Positions 46,709 through 56,197 of a stretch of 64,000 bases of DNA are shown here, one piece after another (positions within the stretch are counted from its first letter, which is position 1; every line of letters starts with the position of its first letter). This DNA is from a virus. Lineage: Duplodnaviria; Caudoviricetes. A model generated the notes under the pieces. It was not told the origin of the DNA. It worked only from the letters and a program-made list of their open reading frames with translations, and did no database searches. The position numbers and the translations under genes are program-made. Where the stretch lies: positions 20,745 through 84,744 of IMG/VR virus record IMGVR_UViG_2926068284_000002; one strand, 5' to 3'.

Positions 46709-47053
46709 ATGAAGATCTTCGGCCGCGAGCCCGCCCTCATCATCGCCACCGTCTCCGCCGCCCTCTCCCTCCTCGTCTCCTTCCAGTTCGGGCTCGACGC
46801 CGAACAGGCCGGCGCGATCGTCGCCGTCATCAGCGCCGTGTTCGCCGCAGCCACCGCAGCAGTCACCCGACCCATCGCCCCATCCGCGTTCACCGGACTC
46901 GTCGCCGCCGGGGTCGCCCTCCTCGCCGCATACGGCATGAACGTCTCGACCGAGACCGTCGGCACCCTCAACGCCGTCGTCCTCGCCATCCTCGGCCTCA
47001 TGACCCGCGCCCAAGTCACCCCCGCAAAGCCGACCACCCCCACGGCCAACTGA
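46709..47053 (+). CDS. Holin
   Basis: Small multi-TM protein after the endolysin; IFGREPA. Confidence 0.8.
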   Translation: MKIFGREPALIIATVSAALSLLVSFQFGLDAEQAGAIVAVISAVFAAATAAVTRPIAPSAFTGLVAAGVALLAAYGMNVSTETVGTLNAVVLAILGLMTRAQVTPAKPTTPTAN

Positions 47054-47496
47054 TGCGGCAGGCGGCCCGGCGGCTCCGCAAACGGCTGGGCCGCCGCGGG
47101 CAAATCCTTCTCATCTTCGGCATCGGGAAGGTCTGCTGGGGAGCCGGCTTCATCGTCACCCCCGTGACAACCGCCCCCGGCCTGAAACTCCTCACCGACC
47201 GGTGCAGCCTCGCCTCCTGGGCCTGGCTATGGATCATCGCCGGAACGGTATGCATCACCTCCGCGTTCCTCCGCATCGGCCGCGACTGGCTCGGCTTCCT
47301 AGCCGCCCTCGCACCCCCCTCCCTCTGGGCCCTCGCTTACGGGTACGCCGCCATCACCGGCGAATACACGCGCGGAACCACCGTCGCGATCTGGTACCTC
47401 ACCTCGCACGTCGGGGTCATCATGTGGGCCGCAACGGTGCCCGAATACTCGGTCCCCTCACCACCGCGCCGCGCCCGGAAAGGTCAGGCCCCGTGA
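47053..47496 (+). CDS. Lysis-cassette membrane protein
   Basis: About four TM segments; basic N-terminus LGRRG. Confidence 0.7.
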   Translation: MRQAARRLRKRLGRRGQILLIFGIGKVCWGAGFIVTPVTTAPGLKLLTDRCSLASWAWLWIIAGTVCITSAFLRIGRDWLGFLAALAPPSLWALAYGYAAITGEYTRGTTVAIWYLTSHVGVIMWAATVPEYSVPSPPRRARKGQAP

Positions 47497-47858
47497 GCAC
47501 CACCACGGAGATCGCGGCACTCGTCGCCGCGGCCGTACCCCTCCTTGGCGGCGGTGGCTACTTCGTCGCCCGCGCAACAGTGCGAGCAGCCCGGGTCACC
47601 GCCCAAGCAGACGAGGCCATCGCCCGCCTCAACGCCGCCCCGCAGGCCAAGGCCCAGGACTTCGCCGTACTGCAAGCAACAGTCGCGAGGGTCGACGAGG
47701 AGAACGGGCAACTGCGCGGCAAGCAGGCTCGACTCGAAGCGCTCCTGCGCGCCTTCTCCTGGACTGTCGACCGGTGGGCCGGCCAAATGCACCGGGCCAA
47801 CATCGACCCCGAACCCGTCCACCCCCTCGTCGACGAGTACAACCGGACTGGAGTCTGA
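47493..47858 (+). CDS. TM plus coiled-coil lysis-cassette protein
   Basis: N-terminal TM segment, coiled coil. Confidence 0.65.
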   Translation: MSTTTEIAALVAAAVPLLGGGGYFVARATVRAARVTAQADEAIARLNAAPQAKAQDFAVLQATVARVDEENGQLRGKQARLEALLRAFSWTVDRWAGQMHRANIDPEPVHPLVDEYNRTGV

Positions 47859-47860
47859 CC

Positions 47861-49975
47861 ATGCCGTTCCCTACGGGCGTCCCGTCCGTCCCCGTCCGCT
47901 ACAGCATCACCTCCCCGGCCGGCGGCGGCCCCGGCGAAGGCACCCTCCAGCTCATGCCGACCGTCCCCGCCATCCGTATCCCCGGGCAGGAGGGCGTGTT
48001 CACCGGCGGTGGTTCGTACCGATTCGTCGACGGCGAGCTTGTCGACGGCGAAGGGGAGCGGGTGCGCCTCCTCCCCACCAACGTTGACGGCGCGAACCCC
48101 GCGGCGTGGGCGTGGCTCGGCATCGAATCCGTGAACGGCGCCCAGCCCCGCCACTTCTACTTCGCCCTGGACGCCGACGCGGACGAGGTCGACCTCGGGG
48201 CCGTCCAGCAGCTCGCCCCGGACCTGGCCCAGTACCTCGCCGTACCAGGGGAGTCCGCCTACGACGCATGGCAGCGCGCAGGGAACGACGGTGACGAGGC
48301 CGACTTCCTCGCGAGCCTGATCGGCCCGCCCGGTGACATTGCCGCGGCCAACGACTACACCGACGAGCAACTCGGCCTCGTCGTCGCCGCCGAGGTGCAG
48401 CGCGCGGATGCCGCCTACGACCCCGCCGGCGCCGCCACGGCAGCCCAGGCCGCAGCCGTCAGCGCCGCGGCAGCAGACGCCGCCGCGAAGGCGAACACCG
48501 CGCGGGACGCCGCCATTGCCGCAGCCTCCTCCGACGCCGCCTCCAAGGCTGGCGCCGCTCAGAGTGCCGCCGTGCTGGCGGCAGCCGCTGCCGCCGCCGG
48601 GCTGTACCTCCCCAAGGCGATACTGACCGTCGACAGCTTCATGGGTCAGCCCGGCACGAAGGTCTTCGGCCACCGGGGAGCTGGGATGGTCTGCCCGGAG
48701 CACACCGAAGCCGCCTACGACTACGCCATCGCCCACGGCATCCAGGCCATGGAGCTCAGCGTCAACATCGACTCCGAGGGGCAGCTGTGGTGCCTCCACG
48801 ACCTCACCCTGGACCGGACCACGTACAACACGGGGGCCCTCAACACCTACCCATCGACCGGGGTCGCCCAACGCATCCTGACGAACGGCCGGGTGATGCT
48901 CGGACAGGGGTGGACGGACCAGCCGATGGTGCCGCTCCGACGCATGCTCGACAAGTACCTCGGGAAGGTCGTTCTCTTCCTGGAGCCCAAGGGCAACGAC
49001 GCCGTCGTCCCCCTCCAGAACCTCCTGTCCACGTCGTACCCGCACGCCCCGGCCAGCGTCATCTGGAAAGCCCACGTCGGCACGTCCTTCGTATGGCCCA
49101 AGCAGCAGGGGTACCGCACCTGGTGCTACGTCGATGACGGCTCCAGCAACGCGGTCCTCGACGGCAAGGACTCCCTGGTGGACTACTGGGGGGTCTCCAC
49201 GTCCATGTCGTCCGCCCGTCGCAAAGAGATCGTCGCCCGCGGCAAGCCCGTCTTCAGCTGGCCCGTCTACCGCCGATCCCAGCGGGCCGCCCTGGAAGCC
49301 GACGGAGTCGTCGGGCTCATGTCATCGGACCCGGTGTACGTGCGCGGCACCACCGCCCAAGCCACCGCATCCCGGTGGGACCAGCAGGTCAAGGAATCCG
49401 GCGGCACCCCGCAGACCGACTACAACGTCGACGCGGCGTTGAAGTTCAGCGAGTCCGACGGGTGGGTGTCCATCAACCGGGCGCGCGGCACCTACGGGCT
49501 CGGCCGGTACTGCCCGATCGCCCCCGGGGCCGGCGGGTACCGCATCACGGTCGAGATGAAGTACGACCAGATCAACACCAGTGACCTCAACGTCCACGGC
49601 GGCCTGTACTTCGCGAAGGGCAGCGACGACCCCTACGAGTTCAACACGATCAACCCCAGCGCCGGCTACCACCTCATCCTCCGGCACAACGGGATCCTCC
49701 GTCTCTACCGGCACGTCACCACGCAGACCGGCGGGATCCAACTTGGCGCTGCCGACATTCCCACCGACGCCCCCGTCGCCGGACAGTCCATGGCCATCCA
49801 GATCGACGTCACCCCCACCACGATCGAAGCCCGCCGCCTCGGCAACGCCGCCTGGACCACCGGCCCCATCAACGACACCACCAACCGCGGCGGGTACTTC
49901 GGACTGTCCAACGGCAGCATCAGCGACACGGCGGTGCGCCCGTTCTGGCGGAACCTCGTCATCACACAGCTCTGA
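47861..49975 (+). CDS. GDPD-domain tail fibre/spike, copy 2
   Basis: GHRGAG...PEHT...CLHDLTLDRTT; clearly paralogous to 39530-41305 with a different N-terminus. Confidence 0.85.
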   Translation: MPFPTGVPSVPVRYSITSPAGGGPGEGTLQLMPTVPAIRIPGQEGVFTGGGSYRFVDGELVDGEGERVRLLPTNVDGANPAAWAWLGIESVNGAQPRHFYFALDADADEVDLGAVQQLAPDLAQYLAVPGESAYDAWQRAGNDGDEADFLASLIGPPGDIAAANDYTDEQLGLVVAAEVQRADAAYDPAGAATAAQAAAVSAAAADAAAKANTARDAAIAAASSDAASKAGAAQSAAVLAAAAAAAGLYLPKAILTVDSFMGQPGTKVFGHRGAGMVCPEHTEAAYDYAIAHGIQAMELSVNIDSEGQLWCLHDLTLDRTTYNTGALNTYPSTGVAQRILTNGRVMLGQGWTDQPMVPLRRMLDKYLGKVVLFLEPKGNDAVVPLQNLLSTSYPHAPASVIWKAHVGTSFVWPKQQGYRTWCYVDDGSSNAVLDGKDSLVDYWGVSTSMSSARRKEIVARGKPVFSWPVYRRSQRAALEADGVVGLMSSDPVYVRGTTAQATASRWDQQVKESGGTPQTDYNVDAALKFSESDGWVSINRARGTYGLGRYCPIAPGAGGYRITVEMKYDQINTSDLNVHGGLYFAKGSDDPYEFNTINPSAGYHLILRHNGILRLYRHVTTQTGGIQLGAADIPTDAPVAGQSMAIQIDVTPTTIEARRLGNAAWTTGPINDTTNRGGYFGLSNGSISDTAVRPFWRNLVITQL

Positions 49976-49994
49976 CCAGGCCCCGCCGCGCGGT

Positions 49995-50618
49995 CTACTT
50001 GATCGTGCCGGTGAACTCCGGGAACACCTCGAACCCGTCATCCGTCGCCCGCTGCACCGTCACCACGATGTCCTTCCCGTACCGCTTCTCCAGGGCGTTG
50101 TCGTCGGTCTTCACCGCCGACACCCCGGAGGCGATACGGCCCTCAAGCGGGGCACTGCCCTTCGTGAAGGAGCTGCTCGCCGCCGTCCCACCGTTCGTGG
50201 CCCCGTCGACCAAGATGGACAGCTGATCGAGGTCGACGGAACCTTCACTCTTGTTGTCGATCTTGAGGCGGATGCGGAACTCGTTGCTCTTCGGGTCCGG
50301 CTCCTCGTACTCGTCCCAGTCAGTGAAGACCTTCGCCTCCAGGACCGTGACCTCCAGGCCGTCCGGCCAGGCATACACCTTCCCGAATGGCAGATCCGTG
50401 GAAGGCCCGCCATCACCGCCCGTTCCAGCCCCATCCGCCTCGGAGCAGTGCTCCATCCAGTCCGCCTGATCCAGCGACGTATCCGAGCAATCCACCTCAT
50501 GCCCCGGAGCCGACGCCTTCACCGTCGACTTCGGTACGGCCGGCTTGTCGCCGCCCCCGCAGGCCGCGAGGGCGCAGGCGAGCAGAAGAGCTGCCGCGGC
50601 AGCAGTGCGGGTACGCAT
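49995..50618 (-). CDS. Lipoprotein (DUF4352-like Ig fold)
   Basis: Signal peptide with lipobox LAAC. Confidence 0.75.
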   Translation of the reverse strand: MRTRTAAAAALLLACALAACGGGDKPAVPKSTVKASAPGHEVDCSDTSLDQADWMEHCSEADGAGTGGDGGPSTDLPFGKVYAWPDGLEVTVLEAKVFTDWDEYEEPDPKSNEFRIRLKIDNKSEGSVDLDQLSILVDGATNGGTAASSSFTKGSAPLEGRIASGVSAVKTDDNALEKRYGKDIVVTVQRATDDGFEVFPEFTGTIK

Positions 50619-50822
50619 CAGATCCCCCAGAGGTGGTCCGGAGGCCCGACCGTAACCACCCGGCCACGCGCCGGGGAGCGACTTGTTCCGGAGGTGACGG
50701 AGTTGTGACCAAACAGCGGGGGAGAGGTGAGATGGTGGCGGCGCGATGCGCGAACTCGATCTAAGGTGGCGCCCAGGGTCAAGGCTGACGAGAGAGCCGG
50801 GCACGTAGCTGGGGGGGGGCGA

Positions 50823-51557
50823 ATGTCGCAGGATGAGAAGCTGCTGTCCTATGTACGGAAGCAAGCCGACTTGATGGACCGGGACATCAGTTGGGTCGGC
50901 CCCGGGCATCTCCGTGATGAGGGCTACTGGACGGCAGACAAGGACAGCTACGAGCCCGTGATCCATAGCCGAGTTGTCACAGGCTTGGAGATCCTTCGCC
51001 AGTACGCAGGAGACGGCAGCCACTGGTACAAGCGTGCCGCCGATGCTTATGGGACCTACAGTGACCGCCGGTCTCCCGCCGCCATCGCGCGGCAGGTGGC
51101 GGAGATTCTCCGGGCTTGGGCGAGCCAGGTAGAAGATGGGTTTGCGGAGATCTTGGGAGCGCGGGCGCGAGCCGAAGTAGAGGCTGTCAGCACTGATGTG
51201 ATGGGACAGGTTCGACGACTGGTAGAGGACCCGACTGCGCACCCTGCAGCAGCGATCGTTCTATGCGGTGCAGCACTTGAGACTGCTCTGCGCGCCACGG
51301 CGGACGCACGTAACCTTTCCCTCCCGGAGAAGCAACGCCCGTCGCTCAGCTCCTATAGCCAGCTGCTCAAAGCTGCGGACCTCTTCACGAAGCAAGACGT
51401 GAAGGATGTTGAGCAATGCGGCGGCCTCCGCAACTCCGCAGCGCACGGGCACTTCGACGACCTCAGTCGCGAGCGCGCCGGCCTCATGGAGCAGCAGACC
51501 AACCTGCTGCTCCGGAAGCTGTCTGAGCTCGCGACGGTGGGAGGCGAGCACGGCTAG
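50823..51557 (+). CDS. HEPN-like protein
   Basis: AAIVLCGAALE...LRNSAAH (R-x4-H); lower GC. Confidence 0.65.
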   Translation: MSQDEKLLSYVRKQADLMDRDISWVGPGHLRDEGYWTADKDSYEPVIHSRVVTGLEILRQYAGDGSHWYKRAADAYGTYSDRRSPAAIARQVAEILRAWASQVEDGFAEILGARARAEVEAVSTDVMGQVRRLVEDPTAHPAAAIVLCGAALETALRATADARNLSLPEKQRPSLSSYSQLLKAADLFTKQDVKDVEQCGGLRNSAAHGHFDDLSRERAGLMEQQTNLLLRKLSELATVGGEHG

Positions 51558-51621
51558 CTCCCGTCGCGCGCCTGCGCCCCGCTCTCATCCGAGGGTGGGG
51601 CGCTTCGTCACATTCCGGGGG

Positions 51622-52407
51622 CTAGCTCTCCGTGCGCTTGGCGATGGTGAGCTGCTCCTTGGCGGATATGTAAACGGGGAAGTCCGTGCTCTTGTTGATG
51701 TGGGTGTCGACGGCGCCGGACGGAGCCTGTACCTGGGCGACCGTCTCCACGGTGACGGCCCGGCCTGTGTCGAGGTAGATGGTGTCGCCCACGCGAAGGT
51801 CGGCAGCAGCGATCTGCTCGGTGCCGAAACGGGGCGGCTTGCCCACGGTGTGTGGCTTCGGCCGGAACGAGTGGATGCTCGCACCGGCAGCACGGGCGAA
51901 GCGGGCGGCAGCTTCACGGGTCACGGGTCGCTCGCGGTCTCCGGCGATAAGCGGCCCGGCGTCCCGACCGGCCGTAGCTTCGCGGACCAGTTTCGCGGTG
52001 CGGTCGCTGATGGGAATGCGGCGCGGGTCAGTCTCCAGCTTCGGGTGGTCGAGCTGGGCGACCCCCTCGTCGGGGTCGACGTCGCGAACGTCCATGGAGA
52101 GGACGTCTGCGATGCGGGCGTGACCGTCGCGGAGGAGGGACCACAGTGCCCGGTGGGCCACGGGGATGGTGTCGTCGGCGAGGAGCTGGTCGACCTGTTC
52201 GGCGGGCATGACGTCTGAGGTGAGGTCGGTGCGGGTGCCGCGTCCGGGCCGGCTGTTGTAGGCGGCGTCGGCTGCGTCCTGGTCGTAGACCTTGGCACCG
52301 GTTTCGAGGTCGCGGTCGATGGCGTCGACGTCGGCGAGTACGCGGCGGGCGAGGGAGTCGCTGACACCCCAGCGGGCGGCGGCTTGGCGGGCGGTGATGT
52401 TCGGCAT
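51622..52407 (-). CDS. HTH plus truncated tyrosine-recombinase-like domain plus beta-barrel tail
   Basis: ALWSLL.DGHARIADVLSMDVRDVD...K...IHSFR, but no downstream H/Y catalytic segment. Confidence 0.65.
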   Translation of the reverse strand: MPNITARQAAARWGVSDSLARRVLADVDAIDRDLETGAKVYDQDAADAAYNSRPGRGTRTDLTSDVMPAEQVDQLLADDTIPVAHRALWSLLRDGHARIADVLSMDVRDVDPDEGVAQLDHPKLETDPRRIPISDRTAKLVREATAGRDAGPLIAGDRERPVTREAAARFARAAGASIHSFRPKPHTVGKPPRFGTEQIAAADLRVGDTIYLDTGRAVTVETVAQVQAPSGAVDTHINKSTDFPVYISAKEQLTIAKRTES

Positions 52408-52519
52408 GGGATCCCCCTCGGTCGTCGGTACGGCAAGACTTGTGCACGGGGTGTGCATAAGTCAAGGGGGTGCGCCGTGGGGCCCCATGCGGGTCGGGCT
52501 CCGCATGCGAGTCGCATAA

Positions 52520-52660
52520 GGGCGTTCATCAATCGGTCGGGACGTGAACCTGAACGCACAGCCTTGGAACTACCCAATTCTTGCCCTAAGTTGTTCATCA
52601 ATCCGTTCATCTAGGTGGTACCGTTCAGATTGCGCACCGAGACGTTTGATGAACGAAGGG
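52520..52660. promoter_or_regulatory. Putative res site of the resolvase
   Basis: GTTCATCAA at 52524 and 52593, CGTTCATC at 52604, inverted TTGATGAAC at 52646; AT-rich. Confidence 0.65.
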
Positions 52661-52667
52661 AAGTTGT

Positions 52668-53276
52668 ATGGCCCTAGTCGGCCTCGTCCGAGTCAGCACC
52701 GACAAGCAGAACACTCAACGGCAGCACGACGCGCTCGACCCGATCTGCCTCAAGGTCTTCGAAGAGAAGATCAGCGGCAAGCTCGCCGTTGACGACCGCC
52801 CCACGCTCAAAGCCGCCCTCGACTACATCCGCGAAGACGACATGCTCTGCGTGCAAGAGGTCGACCGCCTCGGTCGGAACCTCCTCGAAGGGCTGATCGT
52901 CCTCAACGACCTCTTCGAGCGAGGCGTCGCCGTCAAGGTCCTCGAAGGCATCGCGGCCGGCGACCACACCGAGCGATCCTTCATCCTCGACCTCGCACTC
53001 GCCCTCGCCGAAGACCGGCGCCGAGACATCGTCAAGAAGACCAAGAACGGCCTTGAAGCAGCGCGGAGGCAGGGGCGCGTCGGTGGACGCAAGCCGGTCA
53101 TGACGGACGTCCTTGTGGCCCAGGCGGTAGGGCTACGCGACCGGGGCTTCACCATTCGGCAGATCCAGCCCCACCTCCGCATCGCCGACGGCAAGAGCAA
53201 GGGGAAGAACCCCAGCGTGGGCGCCATCTCGCAGGCGCTCCGCGCTCACGATGCGGCGAAGGGGGGAGCAGAGTGA
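52668..53276 (+). CDS. Serine recombinase (resolvase/invertase)
   Basis: VRVSTDKQ...Q...EEKISG...DRLGR...GRVGGRKP plus C-terminal HTH. Confidence 0.92.
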   Translation: MALVGLVRVSTDKQNTQRQHDALDPICLKVFEEKISGKLAVDDRPTLKAALDYIREDDMLCVQEVDRLGRNLLEGLIVLNDLFERGVAVKVLEGIAAGDHTERSFILDLALALAEDRRRDIVKKTKNGLEAARRQGRVGGRKPVMTDVLVAQAVGLRDRGFTIRQIQPHLRIADGKSKGKNPSVGAISQALRAHDAAKGGAE

Positions 53277-54586
53277 CGGATCGATCGAACAGCCAGACGC
53301 AGCCGTGGGACATCAGCTCGAAGGCCACCGTCCACATCGCTGCGCTGATGGATCTGTTTCGCCAGGCATGCCAGCGCCAGAAGTTGGTGCCGAGCGCGGA
53401 GCGAGGGCTGGCCGGTTGGACCGATGTCAGGTGTAAGGAAGGGCACGAGTTCAGCCTCAGGGCGCTGGACGTTGTGTCGACCTCTAGGCCCTTTGGGCTG
53501 GAACCGGACGAGCCGTGGTGCAAGAAGTGCAGCAGCGCCGAGTGGGTCAAGGAGTGCCTGGCCGTTCTGCAGTCTGTAGCTGCAGTTCAGGGTGTAGAGC
53601 TCAAGGCGACGGAGAGGGATGACGAGAGCGGTGAGGGGCACGTCGTGTTCGCGGCGAAGTGCCCGAAGGGGCACCGGTTCGACGCGACAGGGCGTGACGC
53701 GAACTGGCGCGGAGGACCGGTTGAGGTTCTATGCCCCGACTGCTATCAGGCCGCGAAGATCGCCGAAGGGTTCGCCAAGGTCGAGGCGGTCCTTCGCGAG
53801 ACTCGGTCCACCATGGCAAAGAGATACCGAAACGCCGCTGAGATCAGGTGCCGCCGCGGCCACCCGCACACGTTCCGCGTGGACAGTCCGGACGGGCGGC
53901 AGGCCATACGCCCGAACTTCTGCGGGCCCTGCGCCAAGCTGGTCACGTTCCAGGAGTTTTCGGAAGCGGCTAAGGACCTCGGCATCACGGTGCTTGAGCC
54001 GCAGTGGATAGCCAAGTCGCGCTCCCACCGGGCAGTCTGCTTCGCCGGACACGAGTTCGGCCTCGTCCCGAACAAGATGAAGCGCGGATGCCCCGAGTGC
54101 CCGCGAGGGATGTATGGCGGCGCTGTCCCGCCTCACGACGTGTACTACGTCGTGAGCGGGTTGGACGCTACGACAGGCAAGGAGACCGTGAAGCCAGGCA
54201 TCAGCTCCGGGGTTGGCTACAACCGGCTTCGGCAGCACGCCGAGGAAGGGCTGACCGTCCAGCATCTCCGAATCTGCGGAATGCCCCTCGGCATGGCGCG
54301 AGCGCTGGAAAGGTTCGTCCTGGGCGGGCTCGACGGTGAAGGCTGGCTCCCCATCCGCGGTGTCGAGTACTTCCCCGCAGAGGCGCTGCAGGACGTCATG
54401 GACTTGGTGGGCGAGTGGTTCACAGACCAGCCAGGCCTGACCATCCGCTCGGTGGTCGTTGACATCGACGAGGCGTACGGCGTCGCAGAGGCGGCAGCAG
54501 CACGCGAGGTCGTCGACCTCGATGTTGACGCAGCCGTGGTGTTCGACTCCGGAGACCTGACACCTGTTGCAGCATTGACGCGCTGA
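53273..54586 (+). CDS. Four Zn-ribbon repeats plus GIY-YIG (T5orf172-like) domain protein
   Basis: Four C-x2-GH...C-x2-C units; VYYV...KPGIS...RL..H...LE...EYF. Confidence 0.65.
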   Translation: MTDRSNSQTQPWDISSKATVHIAALMDLFRQACQRQKLVPSAERGLAGWTDVRCKEGHEFSLRALDVVSTSRPFGLEPDEPWCKKCSSAEWVKECLAVLQSVAAVQGVELKATERDDESGEGHVVFAAKCPKGHRFDATGRDANWRGGPVEVLCPDCYQAAKIAEGFAKVEAVLRETRSTMAKRYRNAAEIRCRRGHPHTFRVDSPDGRQAIRPNFCGPCAKLVTFQEFSEAAKDLGITVLEPQWIAKSRSHRAVCFAGHEFGLVPNKMKRGCPECPRGMYGGAVPPHDVYYVVSGLDATTGKETVKPGISSGVGYNRLRQHAEEGLTVQHLRICGMPLGMARALERFVLGGLDGEGWLPIRGVEYFPAEALQDVMDLVGEWFTDQPGLTIRSVVVDIDEAYGVAEAAAAREVVDLDVDAAVVFDSGDLTPVAALTR

Positions 54587-54792
54587 ACGCACCCCGATCA
54601 ACCATTTCCGGTCACACCTCTACCCTTGTGGCTGAAACGGGTGCATCGTTGTCCACGTGAGACCCCTCCTTCCAGGGCGAGGTTTCCGCTCTCAGGCCCT
54701 GCCCGCGCCCCCCGTCGCGGGCGGGGCCTGCCGCTCCTCCCGGCTCCCCACGGGAGGCCAAGCGGCTGGCCGGGATCGGTTCGGGCCAGGCG

Positions 54793-55089
54793 TCACTTGG
54801 ATGCCGCGTAGGCGATGACGATGATGATGAGGAGGAGGATCCAACCGCCTCCGGATCCGGATGAGGACTCGCTTTCGGCGATCGGTTCCCGCCGGAGTTC
54901 GACTTTCTCGATGCTGTCGCCGGCGCGGGGTCGGAGGCCGCCGTGCTTGCGGTCGCGGTGCTTGTCCTGCTCGGCCTGAGCGGCTTCGACGGTCTCGTGG
55001 ATTTCTCCCTCGGCGTCGCATGCGTCGCAGGTGTACCGGTGGCCCCAGATGATCTTTTCTTTGGGAGTTTGCTCCCGTTCGTCTTCCAC
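54793..55089 (-). CDS. Small C2H2-like protein with C-terminal TM
   Basis: CDAC...H...H; WILLLIIIVIAY. Confidence 0.55.
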   Translation of the reverse strand: MEDEREQTPKEKIIWGHRYTCDACDAEGEIHETVEAAQAEQDKHRDRKHGGLRPRAGDSIEKVELRREPIAESESSSGSGGGWILLLIIIVIAYAASK

Positions 55090-55262
55090 GGCGGGAGCGT
55101 AGCGAGGCCGAGATGTTGCGCAGGGTGGATCTGCCGCAACGTGATGGATGACACAGCGTCAGTCAATGTCGCTCTCGGTGTGCGGTACGACTTCCCACTC
55201 GGCAGGGTGAAGCGGTTGCGGTTCAGCGCTGGTTGATGTCGGCTGACCGGTACCAAGGCTGC

Positions 55263-55916
55263 ATGATCAAGAAGACTGTGCGGGGCCTTGCCGCTGCCGC
55301 GCTCACCGTCCTGCCCCTGCTTTCCGCCGCGCCGGCCCACGCCGCCGAACCCCTGTCCCTCGCTGATGCCGTCCAACAGCTGCCGCTCGCCGCTGAGTCC
55401 CGCGAGGGCTACGAGCGCACGTCGTTCAAGCACTGGGTGGACGCCGACAAGGACTCCTGCAACACGAGGATGGAAGTCCTGATCGCCGAGTCCCGGGTGA
55501 AGCCGACGATCGAGGGTGCCTGCAAGGTCGTGGCTGGCGAGTGGTACTCGTACTACGACGGGTTCACCCTCACCGCCCCGGGCGGACTGGACATCGACCA
55601 CATGGTGCCGCTGGCCGAGGCCTGGGACTCCGGGGCTTCCGGCTGGACGGCGGCTCGGCGTGAGGCTTACGCGAACGACCTGGAGGCCGATCGGAGCTTG
55701 GTCGCGGTGACCGCCCGGTCGAATCGCTCGAAGTCGGACCAGGACCCGTCGACGTGGCTGCCGCCGCTGGCTGACGCCCGCTGCACCTACGCCGCGGACT
55801 GGGTGGCGACGAAGCTCCGCTGGGGGCTGTCCGTCGACCAGGCGGAGGCGGAGGCCCTCGCCGAGCTGGCCGAGGGCTGCGGGCAGGAGACCGTGGAGTA
55901 CGAGCCGGCCGCCTGA
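55263..55916 (+). CDS. Secreted HNH endonuclease (DUF1524-like)
   Basis: Signal peptide AHA; DIDHMVPL...N.SKSD. Confidence 0.88.
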   Translation: MIKKTVRGLAAAALTVLPLLSAAPAHAAEPLSLADAVQQLPLAAESREGYERTSFKHWVDADKDSCNTRMEVLIAESRVKPTIEGACKVVAGEWYSYYDGFTLTAPGGLDIDHMVPLAEAWDSGASGWTAARREAYANDLEADRSLVAVTARSNRSKSDQDPSTWLPPLADARCTYAADWVATKLRWGLSVDQAEAEALAELAEGCGQETVEYEPAA

Positions 55917-55961
55917 CCTGCTGCTCGCGCCCTTCCTCGGTCGGTCCGGGGGAGGGCGTTC

Positions 55962-56171
55962 CTATGCCGCTTCGTAGTGGTGGGCCCGCCCGCCGCGCCA
56001 TTCGACCCAGTCGGGTTGGTCGAGGAGGTCGTGAGCGTCGGGGAGCCCGGCCCGGCGAAGGAACTCGACGACGTCCCCATCGGTGTGGGCGAGGCCGACG
56101 ATCTGCCCTCGGATGGTGACTCGCCGGCCGCCGGTGGGGGAGGGGTGGTGGATGACGATGGGTGCGCCCAT
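55962..56171 (-). CDS. Small conserved hypothetical protein
   Basis: GGRRVTIRGQIVGLA...FLRRAGL...VEWRGG. Confidence 0.65.
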   Translation of the reverse strand: MGAPIVIHHPSPTGGRRVTIRGQIVGLAHTDGDVVEFLRRAGLPDAHDLLDQPDWVEWRGGRAHHYEAA

Positions 56172-56197
56172 GGTTCCAGGGTGCGCCCGGTGCGGGG

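Noticed and set aside
39530-49975. Diversity-generating retroelement (TR/VR) between the two GDPD gene 3' ends
   Set aside because: Differences are spread over all bases and mostly synonymous, not adenine-specific; no reverse transcriptase in the window.
51622-52407. Prophage integrase or an intein (ADLRVGD motif)
   Set aside because: Lacks the catalytic Tyr region and core-binding domain; no intein N-terminal Cys/Ser block or terminal His-Asn.
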